Origin: Podarcis filfolensis
Taxonomy: Eukaryota
Length of the DNA stretch: 64,000 nucleotides
Direction: 5' to 3' (one strand)
Assembly (NCBI GenBank): GCA_964270895.1
Contig: OZ185441.1
Positions 28,801 to 40,800 of the stretch are shown one piece after another. A program made the translations under genes and the position numbers. The notes below the pieces were generated by a model. That model ran no database searches. It was not told the origin of the DNA and saw only the letters and a program-made list of their open reading frames with translations. Position 1 is the stretch's first letter. Every line of letters begins with the position of its first letter.

Positions 28801-31800
28801 ACATTTCAGAAATTTAAAATTTGAAATCATGTCCACTGTACTATCCTATATGTGCTGATAAAGTCCCACTGAATTTGATGAGATTTACTCTGAGGTAACT
28901 GTGTATAGGATGGCAGACTAAGAATATACCATTTGAAGGCTTATTTCAGTGAGAAGATTAAAATAAAACCTAGCTTCAGTTTCAAATACCAAGTATATTT
29001 GAATCTGAATTTATATAAACAGTTTCAGTTTTGCATTACTTACTTGAAAACAGTCCTGATCTTGACCCCTTATCAGCAATCTTAACTGCTGAGTAATAGA
29101 TGGAGAGTTATTTCTCAGGATTAGTTTCTGTTGGCTGAAAAAATATAGAAATCTTTAACGTTTCATAGTAATTTCCTTATATTTATGAACAGCTGCCCTG
29201 ATAATCCACCAAGAATTACAGCATGGTAAATCCAAGGTGATCTAGTGAAGAATTAGTTAGTCTAGCTGTACACCTGTGATTTTACTCAGTTATAGGAGTG
29301 TTATTTTTCATCATAAGACATATTTAGAACCTTATTGACAGCCTAAAGTTTTGGCTATTTATGTACAGCATGTGCTTGCTTCTAAATGTACAGCAAAGGG
29401 TACAATACTGAGAAGGCAGGCATATCCAACAGTAAATTTTGTGTGCCATTAAGGGGTCGCTTTTTCTTTCTTTTAAAAAGGGTTGCCAGCTGCCAGGTAT
29501 TTTATCTGTTTACCGTGGTACTTGCCCACAGGAATATACTGGATGAAGACCAATATACTGAAGCTCGGTAAGGACAAGACAGTGACACTGTAGTCTCTCA
29601 CACATCCCTAAATGCTGCTTCTGATGGTCATTTGGAATAGTGAGGGATATCAGCAAACCTGACTGTGGACATGGCAAAGACAGTTCTGCTTATGCAGGGA
29701 CTTCCTGGATCCAAGCATCACCATGTTTGAACAATACATTGCCAGCAACCCTGATTTGAATGGGGGTTGCATTCTAGGTCATCGAGTATGTTGGCAGAGC
29801 GTGCATAAGCGCACCCCGCTCTCTTCCGGGTCTGAAAATGGCGCGTGCTTTCAATGCACGCAAGATGGGAGTTGCCTGTTTTTTATACTCCTGAATGAAA
29901 AATTGATTCACGCCAGCAATGTACCACCAGCAATCATGAACAGCATATCTTTTTTTCTTGGTACTTACACTGTTCTGCCAAGCTGTATACCTCCCCATGT
30001 CAGAAACTGCTTGTTAGCTAGGATGGGGGGAACTTCTGAACTGGGGTATTTCTGTACCAAAGGTTTGCTCTCCACCGCAGTCACTTCGCCTTTTACAGTC
30101 ACTTTATATTCTGGCCCAGATGGCAGTACCAAGATTTTTAAAACACTATTAAAATAAAGCATCAAGTTAGAAGTTCTGTAAAAAGAAATTCTACTTAATA
30201 TCATTGGGCCAATTAGGTTGCATTACCTTTCAGCATTTCTATAGTCCTTTGGAGAAAACACAACTGTCACTTCTTGTTCTTCCCCAGGTATAAGAACCAG
30301 GTCCTCTGGATTGACAGATATGCCGCTATCTGGCTCAAGTGCCTAGAAATGAATAGTGTTACTTCAAGGTGTCATCCTTTGATGCTCAGGTGACAATGGT
30401 AGCCAGGAATACTCTTCGTCTCCACTGGCTGCTACACAAGATATGATATTTCCTAGAGAAACTGAATTTTGTCCCATACAACAATGCCCTAGTTGTATCC
30501 AAATTACAACATATAAGTTACCCTTCACGGAGCTGCCTTTGAAGAAAATTTAGAAGCTCCAAGTGGTGCAAATGTGAATTACAGTGTTGTAACCAACGTC
30601 CTTAATTAGATCAAATTATATGACAATTATTCTGTTCTTATCAGTTATAGTTTCTGAGCTCAATTCAAAATGCTGACTTTAAACCACTTCATAGATATCA
30701 GTTAAGATACATGCATAGTTACCATGATTTCCTAAGCTGTACCTCACAGGGAGGATCTTAGCAGGAATGCTGATATTTTCACCAGGAAGTGTGGAGGGTT
30801 AAGTAGCATCTGCATAGTGCAAGAGCTTCCTAGTGGCCAACCATGTGGCTTTAGAAATAAAATCACATTATTAACCCAGCCCCCTACACACATAAGTAGA
30901 TAATGCTATTCCAGAACAACTTGAGCAGCTGTCTTCCTTCTGCCCTGCATAGCAGCAACATGGAAACAGTGTCTACTATTTCTCTTGTCTCAGAAGCAGG
31001 CACCAGGGGATTAGGCCCTATACTCCACTTTCCACTGTGGGTGAGTCCAGTTGACTAAACACTGACAAAAGCAAGATGGAAACAATGACCCCCTCTGAAA
31101 TTGTGGGTAAGAGTGCAATATCATTTTGTACTTTAAAATTTTTGCCAGGAAAGAGTGGATTGGACTCTCTTTCTATTATGTACTGATTAAGTTAGACTGA
31201 TTTGGTTGACCGTAATTTCAGAACTATTCCTTGGAAAAGTAAGGTAACCTACCAGGATTTTCAAGTCAACTTTAATATTCCCAGCGTTCTTTAATGGCAA
31301 CTGCTGCCTTGTTGATAATCCCATCCTCGCAGACATATATAAAGTCTAGAAAAAATAGGTTTCAAGTGATAGTTAGAAGTGAAATATAGAAAGAAATAAG
31401 CTGCATCACAAAAGATGGTTTTGGGAAATGTACCTGTAGGCCTTTTGGAGCATATATCCTAGGAGTTCCAGATCTTGCATGCAGAGGTATACTTAAAATT
31501 TTAGCAGGCTCTGGACAATCAACCTCCACATCAATTCTTGCAAAATACTCATCTGCAGGGCCCAAAGAATCTGAATAAAGTAAGTGCAAAGAATAAGATT
31601 GATCCTCAAGTGTAAAATGTTATGATTTGTTCTAGAATGAGCTTTGACACCAAGTATTATCAACATTTAATCACCCAACTGTGATGTCAAATTAGAATGT
31701 GTCTAGTGCTATGGTAGTATTTTACATCAATATTGGTCTGTTTAAGCAAGGCTCTTCATTTTGAAATGTTTTAGTGTTATAACTGGCCTTCAAAGCAGCA

Positions 31801-34800
31801 AATGAATGGAAACAGCAACAATGAAGTGCATCCTAAAAGATATGTTGAAGCAGGTGTTCAAAGGTGTTTCAGCATGCAGAGTACATCGTACAACTGGTTG
31901 GCTTCCAGCCTCAACAAAAGATAGTGACACAAGGTAAAATGGACCAGCTTTTCTACAAAGCTTAATGCATGCTTGACATGCCTCACATTAAAAGGCATGC
32001 ATTACACTGAATGCAAGGGACAGAACAGCTTATGGCACATGCTTATATACATTTCATAAGTGCTTGCCCATTACTGCCTTGCCCAGAACATCCAGGAAAC
32101 TTGAAATCCTAGCACATTGTCTTCTTTAACCTAGATATGACGCGAGTCAGACCTAAGTATGCAATTCTGCAAACAGGGATTTGGTATGCTAACGTTTATG
32201 CAGAGGTTCAAACATTTTAATGTTTCTTGAATATCTAATGTGAGAGCTATTCATCATATGGCATGATATCAAATATCACAGACCTTAATTTGCTAAGTAG
32301 GTGTAACTCTGTTACTAAAAGCAAACTTTCAGCTAAGCATTTAATGATAAATACTATTTTGGCTCTTTTCTGCCTGGGTCTCCAAACACATGAGCCTTAT
32401 TCACATGATACTTTGTTCATTTAAATCTTAAAAAAAAATAACTGTGAAGAGGATTGAAAGTTCTGAGTAGCAAAAGCTCTGCATACTAGATTTTGAATAT
32501 TGGTTGGACTCATGAATATTATTTCAAGCAGAATTCTGGTCTGCTGGACTAACACAGATTCTTAATACTGTACAGTGGTACCTTGGTTGTCAAACGGCTT
32601 GGCTCCCGAACAAATCGGCTCCCGAATGCAGCAAACCCGGAAGTAAGTGTTCTGGTTTGTGAACATTTTTTGGAAGCTGAACTTCCGACGCAGCTTCCAC
32701 GGCATCCAATTGAGTGCAGGAATCTCCTGCATCCAATCAGAAGCCACACCTTGGTTTTCAAACAGTTCCAGGAGTCGAATGGACTTCCGGAACGGATTAA
32801 GTTTGACAACCAAGGTACCACTGTACATCGATTTCATAAGATAGCAGATCTATACCTGAAGTGATGCATTTGCTCGGTGCATGGAACTGAACCCACACTA
32901 CTAGAACATCAGGATCCTGGAAAGAAAGACATATGTGTAGAATGAAACATTTTTAACTTTAAGAACTGATTATGGTTGAAACATTGATCAGCTACAATCT
33001 TCACACAGAATCATATTTTAAAGGACCTTGGCTTTAAGTCTTTACTACCCTAAACTACAGATACAGTAGGAAGAGAATGGTGTGAATGGTTCTGTGCTCA
33101 CCTGAACACAACTGATCATGACTGGCAAAGAAAAGCACACCACCAATTTAAGTGAAAGACAGATGTCCCCAATACTAGGGCTCCCATACGTCCAGATTTT
33201 CCCAGAAACTACCGGGATTTCAAAGGCAGAATTGACATACGGGGGAATTTTTGAAAGGTGGTGCTTTGTCCTAGATCTTAGGCAAACACTTCCCAAATAA
33301 AAACTCTGTTACTAAAAGCAAACTTTCAGCTAAGCATTTAAGGATAAAGACTATTTTGGTTAATTCAACTATATTCCTTTGGTTTATAGTGACTTACTTG
33401 CCCATCACTTCTTGCATTCATTACATGGGATATCACCGAAGGAGCTGCTCGCTGGGAAATGTCACAAGTAGGGAGCAAACTAACAGAAGTGTTAACTGGT
33501 TCCTTAGAAAATGTGAAACACCGCCATGCTACAGCATTCTGTAATAAAGATATTTTTTACATTTTAAAAGCAGAACATTACTGCCAACCCCTAAATTACC
33601 CAGCATTTCAGGTTACTGACTGTCGTCAGGATATGCTAAATAGAGCCCTGCTGTTTTGCCAACTGAGTAAGATTTTCAAGCAAGAGGTGGTGGTACCACA
33701 CGGGTTCTGGGAGAGCACTCCAAGCATATGGGGCGCTGAGCAGAATAGATGCCTTTTAGAAGCCAGATTAAATAAACCTTTGACTGAAAGAAGGGCTGTA
33801 GCTCAGTAACACAGCACACGTTTTGCATGCAAAAACTCCTAATTTCAGTCTCCGGAATCTCAAGGTAAAGCTGGGAAAAGACTCCTGTCGGTAACCCCGA
33901 ATTGCTGCCGCCACTATAGGCAATACTAAATGGATCCTATGGACTTGATTTATGGATGCTTCCAGTGTTTCAAGTTGAGCGAGCAAGAGATCTTTGAAAC
34001 AGCTAAAGGTAGTGGAACATGTCACAAGTGCATTGAGCTACAAGTAGTGGATAATTAGAGGGGGTGCAGCTGTGTAAGGCAGCAATGAGGAGTTTGTGCT
34101 GCATCCAGGAGTTGATAGGATCCCAATGTAAGAGTTTAGGGAGAGGTGCTATGCAGTCTAAGGGGCCATAAATTATTTTGTTAGCCAAGTTCTGGAAAGC
34201 TGGGGGGAACTGCAGGCCAGAAAAAGAAAAGGCTGCAGTAATGGTGGGTGGCAACTGGAGTTTACATTAAGGGGCAGAAAATAAGCGTGCTGTATTTAGC
34301 AAAGTTAGACAAGGGGTAGCAACATGACATGGAGATGAAGAGTAGAAAGAGGAATCCAAGAAAGTCAAGACTTTCCTTGATCAAGAAGGTAAATAACTAT
34401 GTTACGTTATGTACATACACTTAGAAAGCCAGGAGGAAGGGAGGATGAATATAGTAGGGAACCAAAAATAGATAATTGAGGGTGCTGATCTGGGAGAAGT
34501 ATTGGAAAAGCTTTCCTTGCCAGAAACATTGAATGAGTGATTGGACAGGTAGGAAGAAAGTGACCTGGTCAACGGTTTCACAGGCAGAAGAGACAAGGGC
34601 AGAAGTGAATATTTCAACCTCTTTAATGAAACATTTGCAGGTTGAAGTAGACTTCCAGAAATAGAGCGAGGATTTACTTTGCTAAATCAATGGAAGTCAA
34701 AACTACAGTGCAGTCAGCCTCACAACTGCATTGCCATGCAATAAGGTTCATCAGCTGCAATCCCTCTGCTTCAGCTTCTTAGAACATCTGCTTCTGACAG

Positions 34801-37800
34801 CTGATGTGGGAATAGCATAATGAAATCCTGCTACACAACCAACATTCCCATTGTAGAGAAACATGTCAGGATGCAAAGAAAGTATCTCAAGTGATATCAA
34901 CACACTACAACAAGGGTAATCCGTTACCATTGGCTCTCTGCTTCTCTGGGAGTAAAACCAAGCTGCTGGTTACCCATACTGTAGAACCAATGTAGCAGTC
35001 ACTTACAAGTTGCTGCTTCTCAAGAGATCACTATACAAGTTGCTATACTGGGAGGGGGTTGTTGGTGTGTGCATTTTTTTGTTCTTGTTTTTGTGAAGTA
35101 TTTTGTGTTGCAAACTATGGATAAAGGCTTGTATATAAGTTTAAATAAATGAATGAATACTTACGGCATAAATAACAAGTCTGACAGGCACTCTAGCACA
35201 TGTCTTGTTTGTTAGTTTCAGTGGAAGAGCTTTCCAGCTGCCAGATGGCATATCACCAAAGTCAAGATGGTTTGTCGTTCCTGCTTCCACCTAATATTAG
35301 AAAAGGGGGGAGGGAAATAATATCTTTAAGAACTGAAGCACACAAAGTCATATTTATTTGTATGAAGAAGCAAACAGGTGTCACTAAAAGATAACTAGAC
35401 AAGAGATTCTAGCTGTGCCCCCTCCTGGAGAAGCATTCTGACTGTTACTATTACAGATTAGCCAAAACGAAGAAACAAAAAAGTTTCACCAACATCTGAA
35501 GTTATTAAAAATTGCTCATCGTGTAGATCGGGATGGGGAAAACTGGACCTAGGTGCCAAATGTGGCCCCACCTCTTTCTATCTGGCCCGCAGGACTCTCC
35601 CCAAGTCACAACTCCTCTTTGGCCCAACTTTATACCCTTCTTAAATGTTTTTCCCTGGCTGGAATGTGCTCTTGAATTCTGATAATGCCTCTTGCTTGCC
35701 AGGATGGAGAATATAAAGGAGTGTGTGACTGTGGACAGAAACGTACCTACTGTACAGAGGTCCATCCATACTTCGGCCTCTGGAAGACTGCAGCCCTCAG
35801 GATGAACATGTAAATCTGATATACATGGGTAACTGACAAATTTTGGTAGATTTGGAGAGACCAAGTATCGTATAGTAAAATTATTGAAAATCGGACTATT
35901 TTTTATAGTGTAGTGAAATACGAAGTTTCAAGACTCAGTATTGTCATTTGGAATTCAGGTAACGATTTGTGGAATGATATAGCTGATAACATAGCAGTGG
36001 GGGCCCAGTTAGGGGGGCCCAGTCACAGAATACCATCTGCAGGGATGTTTATTTGGTGCAAACTTTGTACTGTAGGTGACTGGCAAAAACATTTATTGAA
36101 TCAGGCACTGAGTATTTACAACTCTACTTTGCTTTTATTTCCCACTTATTTCTGTATTTTGTGTTTTTAATTTTTGGAAACAATTAAACCTTTTGGATAT
36201 TGCATTGGGGCCCCCCTTATGAATTGCCCTCCCTCAGGGAGTGTGCCTAGCATGGAATCTGTTGACAATCCAGAATCTAATTTGGTTAAGACTCCTGTTT
36301 TCCCAGGCCTTTTCAGGTTGCTAGCATTAGTTTCTGTATGCTGCTGTAAGGAGCTGTGTTGGCTCTATAAGAACTTATAAAATTATTTGTCTTCAGTTGA
36401 TTTAAGGTACCTTTTAACCTGCTCTGTCTTTTTTGGATTGTTTGTACTTTGCTTTATTTGTAGCTTATTATGAGATTGTAAGATGAAGGGCAGGATAAAT
36501 GTACCAAATACATTAATAAAAGCGAGCTAGGATACCTTATAGCAAGTCAGACTATTAGCCTATCTAGCTCAGTACTGTTCACAATGACTGGCAATGGCAC
36601 TCTACACCCCTTCCCCAACTATGTATTTATCAGAACTATGCATTATGCACTCATATGGATTTTTACCTCAATATCGGGAATCTCAGCAACTGCATTCACA
36701 ATCACTCTAGCTGCTAAGGCCTGTGCCTGGACTATTGTATCTGCATCTGCAGTAAATGGCCAAGAGGCAATACTAAGCACGCACTGAAAGACTCCTGCTT
36801 GACAGGGTAGAAACAGCATTTTTAGATCTTCTGTAGTACGAGGTCCTATGACAGTTTTGTTTTTAAACAGGAAGCACCTGTGCTTCAGAGGGTCCATCTG
36901 CAAAAAAAGAAGCACACACACAATCAGAGGTTCAGGACAAAGCAAGTAATTCTCAATAGAGAGGTGTAAAATAGATGCAAAGAATTAGGATGGCATTTAA
37001 AGGTTCTGCGTTGACCGTATCCAAATCCTTTCTACTGCTGTGCTGCCCCCCTTCCCCACGGTACATTGGTGAATACTTTTGAAATGGAACATAGATATGG
37101 AAGTTTCATCACAATGACTTTTGTGTTTGAAAAACAGGGATTGCTATCAATAGGAGGAAGAGTGTTGAAGTCCATCATAGTTTATGGTCGAATGATACTA
37201 AAAAGTACAGAGCTTCAACCAAATTTCAAGTTAATAATTTTCTAGCCCTTTGGGGGAGGGCTGGCAAGCAGGCCACCATCTCTAGTTTAAAACACGGTTT
37301 ACTTCACTAGAGAAAAAAGTAAAATATTAAAAGATGCATAATACATATCAAGATTTGGTACATACCTTTTCGCCATCAAGCATAATACTAAGAAGGCCGA
37401 TGCTGACCTGTAGCCACCGTTCAGATGGGTTAAGAATACTAAGGACTGTGTGTGATGTCAGCCCCACACAACAAGCATTAGGGAATGTTACTTCTTCTGG
37501 GACTTTTACACGTTCTAGGAAAGAGAAAACAACCAATAAATTGTTTCAACTGCAAATTTTGGACAACATAAAACAGGGCTAAAATGTATTTTATCCAACT
37601 GTTGGATAAAATGGATTTTATACAACAGCCTGCAGGCAGAGTTCTGCTCATGCAACAGGATTTCTCCTTTCAAATCTGCTCTGAAGGGTTCATCAACCTC
37701 TTGGAGCAGACAAAGGGAGCAGGAGAAAAAATTGTTCACTGGCTGCTTTACATATAATGAAGAACAAATAAAGATGGTACATGATGCTCATTTAAATTTT

Positions 37801-40800
37801 AAATATATAAAAGAATGACCAAGAGTCCAAGTAAATGTCTTCCTGACCACAAAGGGCATTAGATAAGGCTGCTGGAAGAAAAACGAATAACTTACCAAGT
37901 CCAAATGGCACAGATTCCTCCAGCTGTCTAGGTCCACCAGCATCAGCTACTTGTACTGTATGTGAAGTGCTACTAAAGACATTTTGGCTGGATATGAAGT
38001 TGCACTGTGGAGCTGCACCCAACATTCCAGATCCAACTTCTGAACCTGGTGTCATTCCAGCAGTCAGGGAGCTTGGAACATGACCCACAGGGATGGTAGA
38101 ATAAATCAGTCCTGGTGGAACACCAAAAACTGGAGGACATCCAACTTGATACTGAGGCAGAGCTATATTTGTTTGAGATGGCAAGCTTCTCAGATATTGT
38201 TGGGCAAATGGTGTTGTTCTAAGGGAACACCCTGTTAGCAGTGTTGGAACTTGAGAAGATATGGCTGGAATTTCTGAAACAGGAACATGTGATTTAAAGT
38301 TTGCTCTATTTTGACTTAATGAAATACAGTCACCTAAACCGTCATGAGCAGGCACATCTTTTTGAGAGTCTAAGCCTGGTCCATGTGCTGTGGTTGTACA
38401 CCCATGCTCTGTTACTGGTACTTCAACATTTCCCAGTTCATTACTATTTAAACATTTCTGTGCAGACTGATCTTTGCTCTTTGATGGTTGCTCTCCAGTT
38501 GATTTCTGGTGTTCTGGTAGGCTGGAAGCATCTGCAGAGTTGTTTATTTCTCGCTTCTTATTATGGTTTCTCACACTAGTGCTTGCACTGCTTAGTGATG
38601 GATGTTTGTTATTTTGCAAATCAATGTTTTTTTTAGTTTCTTCTTCCAATGCTGAAGTTGGGCTGGTCCAAACTATTGTTGTGCCCCAGCCACTAGCACG
38701 ATTATTCTGAATAGAAGATATTAAAATTCTGATTAGCATTTATAATTTGTAATAAGCTTATGATTAGTACATATTAAAAGCCTCTACACACAGAAAGTGA
38801 GCCTACTATACTTGCCTACCAAGTAGACAAAACACCACAATTAATTCACAAAATAAATTAATATTATAGCCTAAACTGATTATCCTCTTCAATGGAAAAA
38901 AACAAGGCTTTTAAATGCAGAAACAATACTTACTGGCCCTGTTCGCATGTTATACTAAACCACAGTTAGAAACAAACTATGGCTCACTGTGAATGAACAG
39001 CGTGCTCCTCAAATTGCACCTACTCTGCTCCTCCATTTCCTGAGCCAAAGGTAAAACCACAGTGAAAGCTTAGCATGGTGTGCAAGGCTCAATGTGTGGT
39101 TTCTCTCCAGGCAGGTGCAGTTTGAGCAGCATTCATCAGCACACCATAGCATGGGCTTAACGTGATGTGTGAAACAGACGACTATGTTAAATAAATTCAT
39201 CATAGCTAATTTTTAAAAGCCACACAACGCTGGTACAAGGTGAGTATTTACTGCAATCTTTTCATATAAAGTCAGCAATCTCATGATGCTTCCAGGCGGC
39301 TGCTTCCCCAGGAATGAAGCAAAAAGTAATTCTTAAGAAGTATCAAGGTGTATTAAGTGAGCAAGTGTGTATGTGCAACTAAAGGTTAGGTGCAATATTT
39401 GCCGTGTCACCAGTACTAGCCCTGCTGGTACAGCATAGTAGTTGGCATGAGGCAAGGCAGGGATGGGAAACATTTTTGACCCAGCAGAGCAGATCTTTAT
39501 CTTCTTCCACTCCCCACAGGTCAACTTTGATAGGTGGGGCCACCTACCTGTCACTCACCTGATGTCATAATGATGTCAGGTGTCTGGCAGGTGGCTTGTC
39601 CCACCCACCTGCCAAATTGGTCCATGGACGTGGGAAATACAGCCCAAGCAGGACAGAACTCCTTGTGTATCAGTGTTCAACCCTACTTTCTAGAGGTTTG
39701 GGATGTACTAGACAATTCCCTGTGGGAACTTGCTGGAATGCCTAAATTAGGATTAGAGCTAATGCGTGGAGGATTAATCCTGCTTCCTCCATGCTGTCTA
39801 CACCTGCCCCACACCTGACATCACAGACTATGCCAGTTATGGGGCAGGTGGGCATACCTTTGAGAAAAACATTCTGGCATGCCACATGGGGAGGCCTGGC
39901 AGGTCAAGTTTGGTCCACAGGCCAGAGGTTCTCCTCTCCTGTGGCACTGCACAAATGAGTTTTCATAGTCCACTGTGTTATTAATTCATATTAGCTCATG
40001 TTCACAAGTGTCCTAAGAATATTTGCTTTGATTTTGCCATTTTGTTTTTCATATCACTGATCTGAATTCCAGAGCAGCAGGTTCATGAACATGGTAAGTT
40101 TACAATGTGGCAGTGGGGGAGGTTAACTCTACCACTTACAGTGCATTTTGACCAGAACATTAAATTAGTTCTCCTTACTCATCCAATCCCTTATATGTAT
40201 GTTCCACTGTACTTAAGGGGACAAGAAACATTAGCGAAAGAGCACCTCAGGATAAGAGCAGTTTCAGCTTAAGAACGGACCTCCGGAACAAATTAAGTTC
40301 ATAACCAGAGGTACCACTGTACAGAGTAAGTCAGAGTCCTGGCTAAAGTGTAACAATGTCAGCTTGGGTAATACAAGTCAAAATTTAGTACACCATCCAC
40401 TATACTACACTGATCCTTGACTAATATTTTATACTTCTGGGAAGGTAGTTCTTCATAAAATGTACCTAAGATCAAACTACAACTTGAAACTTGGTGTATA
40501 AAAATATTTTGCATCTAACAAGCTACTTACCTGACATGTTTCTGGACTAGACAGAGTTAGATTCTGAAGGGTTTTTTCAGTGGCAGAGACAAAGGTCAAT
40601 CGTCCCAAGCTATGATCAGTATACAGCACCTGAGGTAAGCTATCATTGCAAGATGATTCCTTAGAATTTGATGTTGTAGCAGGACAGTCAGCATCAGCTC
40701 TAAAACACAAAGAATGCTGACTTTTAAAAAAATGTACCCACATACAAACTGCCTACATAACCATTTAATAATATCCGGCTTTTCATTTCATGAGTAATGT

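Larger units (their letters stand above)
32305..33359. repeat. 58-bp dispersed direct repeat (32305-32362 and 33302-33359)
   Basis: AACTCTGTTACTAAAAGCAAACTTTCAGCTAAGCATTTAA(T/G)GATAAA(T/G)ACTATTTTGG, 2 mismatches. Confidence 0.9.

Noticed and set aside
34290-34620. Purine-rich stretch reminiscent of ancient L2 (also ~24240-24480)
   Set aside because: Probably old LINE debris, but family and boundaries cannot be supported by eye.
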